This document shows, piece after piece, positions 28,406 through 37,840 of a DNA stretch of 55,690 nt. A model generated the notes under the pieces. That model was given only the letters and a program-made list of their open reading frames with translations. It was not told the DNA's origin and searched no databases. Every line of letters begins with the position of its first letter. The first letter of the stretch is position 1. The position numbers and the translations under genes were made by a program. Source of the DNA: Paracoccaceae bacterium (lineage in GTDB: Bacteria > Pseudomonadota > Alphaproteobacteria > Rhodobacterales > Rhodobacteraceae); the NCBI GenBank assembly GCA_024644285.1, contig JAHELH010000001.1:10414-66103 (forward strand). Reading direction: 5' to 3'.

Positions 28406-28885
28406 CTAGAACGGAATCTCGTCGTCGATGTCGCCGGCCGGCGCCGCGGCGCCGCTGCGTTCGTCGCTGCCGGAATAGCCGCCCGAGCGGTCGTCGGCAT
28501 AGCCGCCGCCACCGCCGGACCCGCCGCCTTCACCGCGCCCGTCCAGCATCACCATCGTCGAGTTGTAGGGCCGCAGCACGACCTCGGTCGAATAGCGGTC
28601 CTGGCCATCCTTGTCCTGCCATTTCCGCGTTTCAAGCTGGCCCTCCAGATATACCTTCGACCCCTTGCGCAGATATTGCTCGGCCGTCCGGGCGAGCGGC
28701 TCCGAGAAGATCGCCACCGAGTGCCATTCGGTGCGTTCGCGGCGCTCGCCGGTGTTGCGGTCCTTCCAGTTTTCCGAGGTGGCGACGCGCAGGTTGCAGA
28801 CCTTGCCGCCGTTCTGAAACGTCCGCACCTCGGGGTCGCGGCCCAGATTGCCGATCAGGATAACCTTGTTCACCGATCCCGCCAT
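28406..28885 (-). CDS. ssb: Single-stranded DNA-binding protein
   Basis: [23 protein letters not shown]-fold N-terminus, Gly-rich linker and acidic tail DIDDEIPF. Confidence 0.95.
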   Translation of the reverse strand: MAGSVNKVILIGNLGRDPEVRTFQNGGKVCNLRVATSENWKDRNTGERRERTEWHSVAIFSEPLARTAEQYLRKGSKVYLEGQLETRKWQDKDGQDRYSTEVVLRPYNSTMVMLDGRGEGGGSGGGGGYADDRSGGYSGSDERSGAAAPAGDIDDEIPF

Positions 28886-29043
28886 GCGTGCCTCCCTGAC
28901 GAATCCAATCTTTCCGATCTGACGGTTACACCACCGTGTCGTGGTGAAGGAAAGGTTAATTCGCGCGGCAATATCCTGCCAGCCATCCGAGCGGCGACGA
29001 AAAGGCTGGCCAAGCGGAGGAATTTCCTTAATATTTCGCCGGA

Positions 29044-29655
29044 GTGGAAATGGGGACAGGTCTAATGTGGGGCAGGGGAGCGCTGGCCACGGGGTTTTCT
29101 GTGGCATTCGCCGTCACGTCGGTTCAGGCCGAGGGGCTGAATTTCTCTTCGAAGAACCGGGCCGGATTGTTTGCGTCGCAGACACGTGTGCTCGACACCC
29201 GGGCCTCGTCGCAATACGCGGCCTCGGTCCGGCTGCAGCCGCGCAGCGCTCCGGTTCCTGCGAAATTCGGCGGGACCTATAGCGGGAAGTATTCCGGGCC
29301 CTACCTGGCAATGGCGCGCGACGCCGCGCGGCGCCACGGCGTGCCGGAAGACCTGTTTCTCAAGCTCGTGCAGCAGGAAAGCGGCTGGCGCGCCTCGGCC
29401 AAGTCGCACAAGGGCGCCTACGGCCTGGCGCAGCTGATGCCGGCCACGGCGCGCAAGCTGGGCGTCGACCGGACCGATCCCTATCAGAACCTGGAAGGCG
29501 GGGCGCGCTATCTGCGGCAGCAATACGACCGGTTCAAATCCTGGCGGCTGGCGCTCGCGGCCTACAATGCCGGTCCGGGGGCGGTGCAGAAGTACAACGG
29601 GGTGCCGCCCTACAAGGAGACCCGCAACTACGTCCAGATCATCTGGGGCAGCTGA
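29044..29655 (+). CDS. Lytic transglycosylase (SLT domain) protein
   Basis: QQESGWR (catalytic Glu), [13 protein letters not shown] and AYNAGPG motifs. The signal peptide is more convincing from the Met at 29065. Confidence 0.85.
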   Translation: MEMGTGLMWGRGALATGFSVAFAVTSVQAEGLNFSSKNRAGLFASQTRVLDTRASSQYAASVRLQPRSAPVPAKFGGTYSGKYSGPYLAMARDAARRHGVPEDLFLKLVQQESGWRASAKSHKGAYGLAQLMPATARKLGVDRTDPYQNLEGGARYLRQQYDRFKSWRLALAAYNAGPGAVQKYNGVPPYKETRNYVQIIWGS

Positions 29656-29668
29656 CCGCTCGCTTGTC

Positions 29669-30511
29669 TCACGCCCGGCCTTTCGCCAGGTCGGCCAGGC
29701 TGTCGACGTCCCCGCCATCGACCTTGGGCACGATGCGATAGACGGCGTTGACGAAGCAGAAGACGGCAAAGCCCAGCAGTCCGACGCAGAACGCGATGAC
29801 AAGCGCCCATCCCAACGGCTGCGAGCCGAGGAAGTCAAAGACCTGCTCGGCGCCGCCGGCCTCTCCGGGATTCGCGGTCCATGCCGCGAAGACCAGGAAT
29901 CCACCGATGACCGTGACCATCAGCGCCTGCGCCACGATCCCCGCCTTCAGCACCATGTTCCATCCGCGCGTGGCCGGATTGGCCTGCAGGTGCTTGCGGT
30001 AGGATTCGCTTAGGGCCTTGTGGAAATAATAGATGCCCGCGCCGATGGTGGCCGCGCCCGCGATACCGACGACAAGGCGGCCTGCGGGGAGCGACATGAT
30101 GCGCCCGGTCCATTCGGCGATGGTGGAGTCCTCGCCACCGCCCGATGCGGTCAGCAGCACCGCGCCCGCCGCAATCCCGAGGCCGGCATGAATGGCGCCG
30201 GTCGCCAGCATTCCGACACGCGCGATGGCGCCCTTGGCGTCGGTGCCGTAATCCTCCAGATCCCACGCCGCATCGACCAGCCGCCATACTGCATAGGCCA
30301 GCAGTCCCAGGGCGATGAGGGCCAGCACGACTTGTCCGCCGGTGGACGTCTCCAGCGATTTCAGGACCGAACCCGTTCCCTGCGCCTCTCCACCGTTCCA
30401 GATCGCGAACAGCGAAAAGCCGGCGAGCACCAGGTAGACCAGCCCCCGCCCGGCATATCCGGCCCGCATGACCGGTATGGCCCATGCGAAGTTCGTATCC
30501 GAGTGCGACAT
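29669..30511 (-). CDS. DUF1206 domain membrane protein
   Basis: Three repeats of a paired-TM unit with RAGYAGRGLVYLVLAG-type motifs. Confidence 0.8.
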   Translation of the reverse strand: MSHSDTNFAWAIPVMRAGYAGRGLVYLVLAGFSLFAIWNGGEAQGTGSVLKSLETSTGGQVVLALIALGLLAYAVWRLVDAAWDLEDYGTDAKGAIARVGMLATGAIHAGLGIAAGAVLLTASGGGEDSTIAEWTGRIMSLPAGRLVVGIAGAATIGAGIYYFHKALSESYRKHLQANPATRGWNMVLKAGIVAQALMVTVIGGFLVFAAWTANPGEAGGAEQVFDFLGSQPLGWALVIAFCVGLLGFAVFCFVNAVYRIVPKVDGGDVDSLADLAKGRA

Positions 30512-30577
30512 GGCGGGGTCCTCTTGCAGCGGCGGCCGGGTTGCGAAGGCAACGCGCCAGCACCGGGGCGGTTCCGC

Positions 30578-30922
30578 TCAGCGGCCCTCCGGACCGGAAT
30601 AATGTCGCTCCACCTTTGCCACCCGCAGGCGGTAATGGGTGTACCATCGCTCCTTGCCCAGCTGCTGGGCGATCAGGTGCTTGGCGTCGGCCTTCCAGCT
30701 TCGCACCGCATCCTCATCCCGGAAATAACTGACGGTGATGCCGAAGCCCTCGGCGTCCCGCGTCGTTTCCATTCCCAGGCATCCCGGATGCGCCAGCGCG
30801 AGGTCCGCGATCCGCGCCGCCATCGCAGCATAGCCCGGCTCGTCCTCGGCACTGCGCTGCGCCGCGAAGATCACCGCGTAATAGGGCGGGTCGGGCAGGG
30901 GGGCAAAACGGTCCATGAGCAT
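30578..30922 (-). CDS. Antibiotic-biosynthesis-monooxygenase (ABM)-like small protein
   Basis: 114 aa with a ferredoxin-like pattern (YYAVIFAAQR ... GITVSYFRDEDAVRSWK). Confidence 0.7.
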   Translation of the reverse strand: MLMDRFAPLPDPPYYAVIFAAQRSAEDEPGYAAMAARIADLALAHPGCLGMETTRDAEGFGITVSYFRDEDAVRSWKADAKHLIAQQLGKERWYTHYRLRVAKVERHYSGPEGR

Positions 30923-30977
30923 ACGCTATGCGATGCCCCTGACCGCGTCGAGATGGCTCCGCGGCAAAAGACGGATT

Positions 30978-31002
30978 GGAACTTTGTTCCCGCTGGCCGG
31001 TT
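30978..31002 (+). promoter_or_regulatory. EcfG/general-stress-like promoter candidate (GGAAC N16 GGTT)
   Basis: GGAAC at 30978-30982, 16 nt, then GGTT at 30999-31002. This lies about 37 nt upstream of the micro-ORF ATG. There is one mismatch to the GGAAC-N16/17-CGTT consensus as I recall it. Confidence 0.25.
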
Positions 31003-31039
31003 TGGGAACGGAAGAGAGAACTCATCAAAGGACGGGAAC

Positions 31040-31108
31040 ATGCACAGTCTCTTCTACATCATCGGGTTGATCGTCGTCGTACTGGCGGTGATCAATTTCG
31101 TCTTTTAA
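31040..31108 (+). CDS. Hydrophobic micro-protein (22 aa), unannotated
   Basis: MHSLFYIIGLIVVVLAVINFVF. AAGGA lies 7 nt upstream of the ATG. 18 of 22 third positions are G/C by my count. It sits 20 nt ahead of the next gene. Confidence 0.4.
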   Translation: MHSLFYIIGLIVVVLAVINFVF

Positions 31109-31128
31109 ACAGACAGTTAGAGGTAGCC

Positions 31129-31689
31129 ATGCCCACACACTCCCCCACCAAACACACCGGTTCCACAACCACCGGCAACACGCTGGACGAAGCCCGTTCA
31201 GAAATGAAATCCGAAGCCCGCTCGCTGGCCGAGGATGCGAAATCCGCCGCCCGCGATGCCGCCCACACCGCGCGCGAAACGGCGCAGAACAAGGCGGAAG
31301 AAGCCAAGCACGGCGTCGCCCGTGAGGTTGGCGATGTCGCCTCGGCGCTGCGCAAGGCCGCCGACGCTTCGCGTCACGGCTCGCCGCAAGAGCGGACGTT
31401 CGGACAGGTCGCGGAAGGCCTGGCCGACATTTCGGACGCCATCGCCGACAAGGATCTCGGCGAGATGGCCGAAGAACTTGGCAATTTCGCCCGCCGGAAT
31501 CCCCTGGCGTTTCTCGGCGGCGCCGCGCTGATCGGCTTTGCCGCCACGCGCTTTGCCAAGGCCGGGCGCCGTCCCGATCAAACCGCTTCGCACGAGACGC
31601 AGCCTGTCGGAACGCCTGCCATCCCGGCGCGTCCGACCTCGACACCCGTCACGCCGAGCTATTCCAGCCATAATGGAGGCGCGTCATGA
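31129..31689 (+). CDS. Stress-type membrane-anchored protein (LEA/ElaB-like helical N-domain, one TM)
   Basis: 186 aa from MPTHSPTKH with GAGGT upstream. Ala/Lys/Glu-rich helical region, then RRNPLAFLGGAALIGFAATRFA as the TM segment, then a Pro/Thr tail. Confidence 0.7.
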   Translation: MPTHSPTKHTGSTTTGNTLDEARSEMKSEARSLAEDAKSAARDAAHTARETAQNKAEEAKHGVAREVGDVASALRKAADASRHGSPQERTFGQVAEGLADISDAIADKDLGEMAEELGNFARRNPLAFLGGAALIGFAATRFAKAGRRPDQTASHETQPVGTPAIPARPTSTPVTPSYSSHNGGAS

Positions 31690-32090
31690 ACGTAGAGCAT
31701 GACACAACCATCACGAAAGGCGCCGGCAGCCTGGTGACCGACGCGCTGAACCACGTCAGCTCTCTGGTGCGCAACGAGGTCGACCTCGCCCGTGCCGAGA
31801 TCAACGAGAACCTGAACCGCGCCGGCCTCGCCATCGGGCTGTTGGTGGGCGCCGTGGTGATCGCGCTGGTCGCGCTGAACGTCCTTGCCGCCGCCCTGGT
31901 CAGCGGACTGACCGAGGTCGGCATCGATGCCGGCTGGGCTGCCCTGATCGTCGGCGTCGTCCTGGCGATCATCGCCTTCGCCCTGATGTCGAAGGGCATC
32001 AACGACCTGAAACTTTCAAGCCTTGCGCCGACCCGCACCGCAAAGAACGTGCAGCGCGACGCCAAGGCGATCAAGGAGACCGTAAAATGA
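31686..32090 (+). CDS. Holin-X / DUF1469 family membrane protein (so-called phage holin family)
   Basis: 134 aa with an amphipathic N-helix (LVRNEVDLARAEI) followed by two TM helices. ATGA overlaps on both sides. Confidence 0.8.
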   Translation: MNVEHDTTITKGAGSLVTDALNHVSSLVRNEVDLARAEINENLNRAGLAIGLLVGAVVIALVALNVLAAALVSGLTEVGIDAGWAALIVGVVLAIIAFALMSKGINDLKLSSLAPTRTAKNVQRDAKAIKETVK

Positions 32091-33424
32091 ACAGTGACCG
32101 GACACACCGCACGCCCGACGAAATCGAGCGCGATATCGAGCGCGAGCGCGCCGGATTGACCCATACGCTCGACACCCTGCAGGAACGCTTCTCGATCGAG
32201 GGCATCGTGCATCAGGTCGGCGATCAGCTGCGCGAAAATGGCGGCGAGATCGGCCGCAGCGTGGCGCAGTCGGTCAAGCAGAACCCGCTTGCCCTGGCCG
32301 TCACCGGCGTCGGCCTTGCCTGGCTGATCTTCGGAAACGGCCGCTCGGCGCCGGAAAACCGCACGACCGATGCCGACCTCTACCGGGATCATGACCCGGC
32401 GGACCGCATTGCCTCGGACCGGCCGCAAAGCCACTTCCGCCCGCGCCCGGCAACGACCCGTCCTGCCTACGAGTCCTATGGCCGCAATGGTGCTCAGCCC
32501 GGTCCGCACGACGTCAACGAGCGCAGCAACGGCATTGCCAAAGCTCCGCGCTACCGCGTCGAGCCCGAATGGGCGCGCCGTGACGCCTACGCCAGCGGCG
32601 CGAACGGACACGCGAATGACAGCCACGACGACGGCGGCAGTTCGTTGGCCGACAAGGCGGCCTCGGCGCGCGACAGCATCGCGTCCGGAGCGTCGAAGGC
32701 TGGCAGCAAGGTCTCTGACGCAGCCTCCAAGGCCGGCAGCACGGTGACAGACGCCGCCGCGAAGGCCGGCAATGCCGTGTCCGGCGCCGCCTCCTCGGTT
32801 GCCTCGGGCGTGTCGTCCGCGGCGGCCGGCACGCGCGACGCGGTCAGCAGCGCGGGACGCAGTGTCGCGGACGCAGCGCGGTCGGGTCGCGACAGCGCCG
32901 CGGCCGGGCTCGCCACTGCCCGCGACAGCATCGCGCAAGGCACCGAGTCGTTGTCAGAAGCGGCCCGGGAACGGGTCATCGCTGCCCGGCGCCGCGCCAT
33001 CGCCGCGCGTCAAGAGGCCGACCGCGCGTTCCGGCGCGCCCAGTCGAAGGCTTCGGACTTTTACGAGGAGCAGCCGCTGGTCGCCGGTCTGCTGGCCATG
33101 GCCGCAGGTGCGGCGCTGGCCGGGGCGCTGCCGCGCAGCCGCGTCGAGGACGACTATCTCGGCGAGCACAGCGACGCTCTGATGGAAGAGGCCGAGCGCA
33201 TCTTCCGTGAAGAGACCGAAAAAGCCAAGGCCGTCGCCAGGACCGCGGCGGAGGAGGCCAAGAAGATCGGCCGCGAGACCAAGGACGATCTGGACAGCGG
33301 CGCGCCCGGTCAGAAATCGGCGGCCGAGGCCGTGTCCGACAAGGTCAAGTCGGACGTCAAGCGGGTCGCCGACGCGGCGAAGAAGGAAGCCGAGAAGCAG
33401 AACCTCGGCAAGGTCAAGAGCTGA
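32087..33424 (+). CDS. DUF3618 domain protein with low-complexity repeat region
   Basis: N-terminal RTPDEIERDIERERAGLTHTLDTLQERFS motif, a TM helix, Ala/Ser/Lys 11-mer repeats, a second TM helix and a charged C-terminus. Confidence 0.8.
   Translation: MNSDRTHRTPDEIERDIERERAGLTHTLDTLQERFSIEGIVHQVGDQLRENGGEIGRSVAQSVKQNPLALAVTGVGLAWLIFGNGRSAPENRTTDADLYRDHDPADRIASDRPQSHFRPRPATTRPAYESYGRNGAQPGPHDVNERSNGIAKAPRYRVEPEWARRDAYASGANGHANDSHDDGGSSLADKAASARDSIASGASKAGSKVSDAASKAGSTVTDAAAKAGNAVSGAASSVASGVSSAAAGTRDAVSSAGRSVADAARSGRDSAAAGLATARDSIAQGTESLSEAARERVIAARRRAIAARQEADRAFRRAQSKASDFYEEQPLVAGLLAMAAGAALAGALPRSRVEDDYLGEHSDALMEEAERIFREETEKAKAVARTAAEEAKKIGRETKDDLDSGAPGQKSAAEAVSDKVKSDVKRVADAAKKEAEKQNLGKVKS
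32690..32920 (+). repeat. Tandem 33-nt / 11-residue repeats inside the DUF3618 gene
   Basis: ASKAGSKVSDA / ASKAGSTVTDA / AAKAGNAVSGA / ASSVASGVSSA / AAGTRDAVSSA, decaying further on. The periodicity is read directly from the translation. Confidence 0.7.
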
Positions 33425-33446
33425 CCGAAAAGACGCGGCGAACACG

Positions 33447-33474
33447 AAGGGCCCCGGCATCGGGGCCCTTTTTC
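33447..33474. terminator. Bidirectional rho-independent terminator
   Basis: AAGGGCCCCG-GCAT-CGGGGCCCTT is a perfect 10-bp stem followed by TTTT. It sits between the convergent DUF3618 and ABC ATPase genes. Confidence 0.6.
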
Positions 33475-35554
33475 ATTCCGCGGCGATCTTTATGACCGGC
33501 TCCATCCGCGCCAGCTCTTCGTCGCTGAGATGGCACTTGATCTGGTGACCCTCGCCCACCGTCTTTTGCGGCGGCACCTCGGTTTCACACAGGTTTCCCG
33601 GCACCTTCGATTTCCATCCGCAGCGGGTCTGGAACGGGCAGCCTGGCGGCGGGTTCATCGCCGACGGAATGTCGCCCTCCAGCACGATGTGCTTCTTCTT
33701 CACGTGGGTGTCGGCTATGGGTACCGCGGACAGAAGCGCCTCGGTATAGGGATGGTAGGGCGGGCTGAAGACCTGGTCGGTCGAGCCCAGCTCGACCACA
33801 TGGCCCAGGTACATAACCATCACCCGGTCGCTGAGATAGCGCACAATGGACAGATCGTGGCTGATGAACAGCAGCGTCGTCTTCTCGTTGCGCTGGATCT
33901 CCATCAGCAGATCCGTCACCGCCGCCTGCACCGACACGTCCAGCGCACTGACCGGTTCGTCCGCCACAACGATGCGCGCGCCGCCGGCAAAGGCGCGGGC
34001 GATGCCGACGCGCTGCTTCTGGCCGCCGGACAGCTGCCGCGGCATCCGGTCGGCGAATTCGCGGGGCAGTTTCACCAGGTCCAGTAAGTTCAGCATCTTC
34101 TGCCGGCGCTCGCGGTCGTTCTTGCCGATCTTGAATATCTCCAGCGCCCGGATGATCTGCCGGCCCACGGTCATCGACGGGTTCAGCGTGTCGAACGGAT
34201 TCTGGAACACCATCTGAATGCTGGATACGGTCTTGGTGTCGCGCTCTTCGATGGGAATGTCGCCGATGGGTTTGTTGTCGAGCAGGATCTCGCCCTCGGT
34301 TGCGGTTTCCAGCCCCATCAGCACCTTGGCGAAGGTCGACTTGCCGCAGCCCGATTCGCCGACAATGGCGAGCGTTTCGGATTCGCGCGCCTCGAAGGAC
34401 AGCGTCTCGTTGGCCTTGACCACCTTCTTGTCGGCGCCGCTGAACAGCGCGCTGGCCGCGACCTCGTAGTATTTCTTGAGGTTGTCCATTTTCAGGACGA
34501 CATTGCCGATCTCGCCCTTCTCTTTCTGTTCGACCGCAGCGACCGGAGCGTCCCAGTCGATCTGGTCGATGCGACGGCAGCGCGAGACGTGACGCTCGTT
34601 GCCGGGGATCGGCACCATCTCGATGTTGCCCACATCGCAGAGACCCTCTTCGAAATAGTCGCAGCGCGGGCCGAAGTTGCAGCCTGGCGGGCGTTCGTGG
34701 GGCAGGGGGAAATTGCCGGGGATGGCGATCAGCGGGCGGCTGTTCTTATCAGCGCCCGGCAACGGGATCGAGCGGAACAGCGCCTGCGTATAGGGATGCC
34801 GCATCTTGTCGAAAACGTCCTCGATCGAGCCGCGCTCTACCGCTTCACCGGAATACATCACGCAGATCCGGTCGCAGGTCTCCAGCACCAGCCCGAGATT
34901 GTGGCTGATGAACAACATCGAGGTGCCGTACTTGCGGCCAAGCTCCTTGACCAGTTCCACGACGGCCGCCTCGACGGTGACGTCGAGCGCGGTGGTGGGC
35001 TCGTCAAGGATCAGCAGCGACGGCTTCGACATCAGCGCCATGGCGATGACGATGCGCTGCTGCTGGCCGCCCGACAGCTGGTGCGGAAAGCTTTTCAGGA
35101 TGCGCTCGGGGTCCGGCAGCTTGACGTCGCGAACCACCTCCAGCGCGCGGTCATAGGCCTCTTTCTCGCCGACGCTCTCGTGGATCATCGGCACTTCCAT
35201 CAGCTGCTTGCCGATCTTCATCGCCGGATTGAGGCTGGCCATCGGCTCCTGATAGATCATCGCGATCTCGTTGCCGCGCACGTCGCGCAACTCTTCCTTC
35301 GACATCTCGCTCAGGTCGCGGCCCTTGAACTTGATGGTGCCGCCGACGACGCGGCCGTTGACGCCCAGGTCCTGCATCACGCCCAGCGCCACGGTCGACT
35401 TGCCGCAGCCGCTCTCGCCCACCAGCCCCAGCGCCTCACCGGGATGGACGACGCAAGAGAAATCCATCACCGCGGGGATCTCGTTGAGCCGGGTGAAAAA
35501 GCTGATCGACAGCTTGTCGATCTCCAGGATCGGGCCGTCGAATTCCCATTTCAT
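33473..35554 (-). CDS. ABC transporter ATP-binding protein, fused double ATPase (DppD/DppF-like)
   Basis: Two complete cassettes: GESGCGKST twice, LSGGQQQR and LSGGQKQR signatures, and Walker B ILDEPT / VADEPV. Oligopeptide-type C-terminal Cys motifs are present. Confidence 0.93.
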   Translation of the reverse strand: MKWEFDGPILEIDKLSISFFTRLNEIPAVMDFSCVVHPGEALGLVGESGCGKSTVALGVMQDLGVNGRVVGGTIKFKGRDLSEMSKEELRDVRGNEIAMIYQEPMASLNPAMKIGKQLMEVPMIHESVGEKEAYDRALEVVRDVKLPDPERILKSFPHQLSGGQQQRIVIAMALMSKPSLLILDEPTTALDVTVEAAVVELVKELGRKYGTSMLFISHNLGLVLETCDRICVMYSGEAVERGSIEDVFDKMRHPYTQALFRSIPLPGADKNSRPLIAIPGNFPLPHERPPGCNFGPRCDYFEEGLCDVGNIEMVPIPGNERHVSRCRRIDQIDWDAPVAAVEQKEKGEIGNVVLKMDNLKKYYEVAASALFSGADKKVVKANETLSFEARESETLAIVGESGCGKSTFAKVLMGLETATEGEILLDNKPIGDIPIEERDTKTVSSIQMVFQNPFDTLNPSMTVGRQIIRALEIFKIGKNDRERRQKMLNLLDLVKLPREFADRMPRQLSGGQKQRVGIARAFAGGARIVVADEPVSALDVSVQAAVTDLLMEIQRNEKTTLLFISHDLSIVRYLSDRVMVMYLGHVVELGSTDQVFSPPYHPYTEALLSAVPIADTHVKKKHIVLEGDIPSAMNPPPGCPFQTRCGWKSKVPGNLCETEVPPQKTVGEGHQIKCHLSDEELARMEPVIKIAAE

Positions 35555-35585
35555 GTCCCAGTCTCCTTTTCCGGCCCAGTTAGGC

Positions 35586-36779
35586 TCAGTCCTTCAGGCT
35601 TTCCTCGCGCAGCCCGTCGGCCAGCAGGTTCAGCCCCAGCACCAGGCTGAGCAGCGCCAGCGCCGGTGGCAGAGCAGGGTGCAGGTAGATCGATAGCAGC
35701 TTGCGGCCCTCGTTGATCGTCGAGCCCCAGTCGGGGCTTTCTGGCGGCAGGCCCAGGCCGAAGAAGCCCAGCGTTCCCAGAAGGATCGTGGTGTAGCCCA
35801 CGCGCAGGCAGAAATCGACGATCAGCGGGCCGCGTGCATTGGGCAGGATCTCCCACAGCATGATGTACCAGGGACCCTCGCCGCGCGTTTGGGCGGCGGC
35901 CACGTAATCGCGGGTCTTGATGTCCAGCGCCAGGCCGCGGACGATCCGGAACACGGTGGGCGAGTTGACGAAGACCACCGAGACGAAGACCACCAGGATG
36001 CCGCCGGGCACGTTGAACCCGTCGAACCAGATCGGAACGAAGTCCACCTTGGTGCCGTCCTCGTTGATCAGCGACAGGTACAGCCAGATCAGCACGCCCA
36101 GAACGCCCACCAGAAGCGGCGTGCGGATGTTCGGCTGGGTGTGGTAGCGCGAATTCAGCAGGATGCCGACGAAGATGATCGGAAAGACGAACATCACCGT
36201 GGCCATGTAGCTGGGGATCCCCGTGGCGACGATTTCCGGCGTGACCAGCAGGTAGAACAACAGGATGACGGGGAAGGCCAGGATCAGGTTGGCCAGGAAG
36301 GACAGCACGGTGTCCAGCTTGCCGCCGTAATAGCCCGCCGGCAGACCCAGGGTGATGCCGACCATGAAGGCGAACAGCGTCGCCATCGGGGCGATCTGCA
36401 CGACCACCCAGGCCCCCTTGATGACCCGGCTGAACACGTCGCGGGCCAGGTTGTCGCCGCCAAGAAGGTACCACGCATACTGGCCCTCCTCGGCGCCGGC
36501 CAGCGGCGTGCCGGGCACCTTGTTCTTCATGCCCGAGACTTGCGTCAATTCGTCATGGGTGACGATCAGGTCGAAGGCGCCGAAGATCGCGGTGAACACC
36601 CAGAACATCACCAGCCCGAACCCGACCATTCCGATCGGGCTGTCGAACAGCTTGCCGTAAAGCCCCAGCTTGCGTTTGTAGGTCACCGAGATCGTGAAGA
36701 CGGCAACCAGCGCGATCCAGGTGGGCGTCAGCTGCGCGAGGATGCGGAGGATGATGTCGAACGTGCCGAGCGGTTCCAT
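35586..36779 (-). CDS. ABC transporter permease (DppC/OppC-like)
   Basis: Multi-TM protein with an EAA-like loop (AAAQTRGEGPWYIMLWEILPNA). Confidence 0.9.
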   Translation of the reverse strand: MEPLGTFDIILRILAQLTPTWIALVAVFTISVTYKRKLGLYGKLFDSPIGMVGFGLVMFWVFTAIFGAFDLIVTHDELTQVSGMKNKVPGTPLAGAEEGQYAWYLLGGDNLARDVFSRVIKGAWVVVQIAPMATLFAFMVGITLGLPAGYYGGKLDTVLSFLANLILAFPVILLFYLLVTPEIVATGIPSYMATVMFVFPIIFVGILLNSRYHTQPNIRTPLLVGVLGVLIWLYLSLINEDGTKVDFVPIWFDGFNVPGGILVVFVSVVFVNSPTVFRIVRGLALDIKTRDYVAAAQTRGEGPWYIMLWEILPNARGPLIVDFCLRVGYTTILLGTLGFFGLGLPPESPDWGSTINEGRKLLSIYLHPALPPALALLSLVLGLNLLADGLREESLKD

Positions 36780-36793
36780 GCGTCAACCCTCCC

Positions 36794-37840
36794 TTACGAT
36801 ATGCGGATGCGCGGGTTGAGGTAGACATAGCCGATGTCGGACATCAGCTGCGTCACCAGCACCACGAAGACTGACACCACCGAGACGCCCAGCAGCAGCT
36901 CGATGTCATTGTTGCCGGCGGCCTGCACCAGGGTCCAGCCGAAGCCCTTGTAGTTGAACAGGGTCTCGACGATGACGACGCCGTTCAGAAGCCACGGAAA
37001 CTGCAGCATGATCACGGTGAACGGCGCGATCAGCGCGTTGCGCAGCGCGTGCTTGATGACGATGTTGGGAAAGCTCACGCCCTTCAGCCGCGCGGTGCGG
37101 ATGTATTGCGCGGTCATCACCTCTGCCATCGAGGCGCGGGTCATCCGCGCGATATAGCCCATGCCATATAGCGCGATGGTCAGCACCGGCAGGGTGAAAT
37201 TCGCGAAGGTGATGTCGTCGGTGGCCGAGGTCGCGGTGCCCTTGAACCACTTCAGCCCGACAGCGGACGAGGCGAAGACGGCGATGAAGATCACGCCAGA
37301 GACATATTCCGGCGTCGCCGTGGTGATGATCGAGGCGGTAGACAGCGAGCGGTCCAGCTTCGATCCCTCGCGCATCCCCGCCAGCACACCGATGATCAGC
37401 GCGCCGGGTACCATCACCAGCATCACGCACAGCATCAGCCAGCCAGTCAGGCCCAGCCGCTTGCCCACGACCCCGGCGACGTCATCCTTGAACACGGTGG
37501 AATAGCCCCAATCGCCTTGAAGGATACCGCAGCGGCGCGGGGCGGTTTCGGCGGTGAGATCGCCGGAGATGCAGCGCCCGGTGACCTGACCGGCCTCATC
37601 GGTGTGGGTGAATCCGGGCAACACTCCCAGCCATTCGCCGTATTTCACCGGAACCGGCTGAAGATAACCCCTGTTGCCGAGCCAGGACAGGACCTGCTCG
37701 TCCGTCATCCGCTGGTTGCCCTGGTTCTTGGCCAGCTTTTCGAGGTTGGGATAGAGATTGGTCAGAAAGAACACGATGAAGGTCAGGCACAGCGCCGTAA
37801 GGATCATCACTCCTACACGTCGCGCAATGAACATCAGCAT
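36794..37840 (-). CDS. ABC transporter permease (DppB/OppB-like)
   Basis: MLMFIARRVGVMILT N-terminus and a YIRTARLKGVS EAA motif. Confidence 0.9.
   Translation of the reverse strand: MLMFIARRVGVMILTALCLTFIVFFLTNLYPNLEKLAKNQGNQRMTDEQVLSWLGNRGYLQPVPVKYGEWLGVLPGFTHTDEAGQVTGRCISGDLTAETAPRRCGILQGDWGYSTVFKDDVAGVVGKRLGLTGWLMLCVMLVMVPGALIIGVLAGMREGSKLDRSLSTASIITTATPEYVSGVIFIAVFASSAVGLKWFKGTATSATDDITFANFTLPVLTIALYGMGYIARMTRASMAEVMTAQYIRTARLKGVSFPNIVIKHALRNALIAPFTVIMLQFPWLLNGVVIVETLFNYKGFGWTLVQAAGNNDIELLLGVSVVSVFVVLVTQLMSDIGYVYLNPRIRIS

Noticed and set aside
31686-32090. Phage holin family protein as a sign of a prophage or lysis cassette.
   Set aside because: There is no endolysin, spanin, capsid, tail or integrase gene nearby. 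The gene is translationally coupled to the DUF3618 and LEA-like genes, an arrangement seen in non-phage stress operons.
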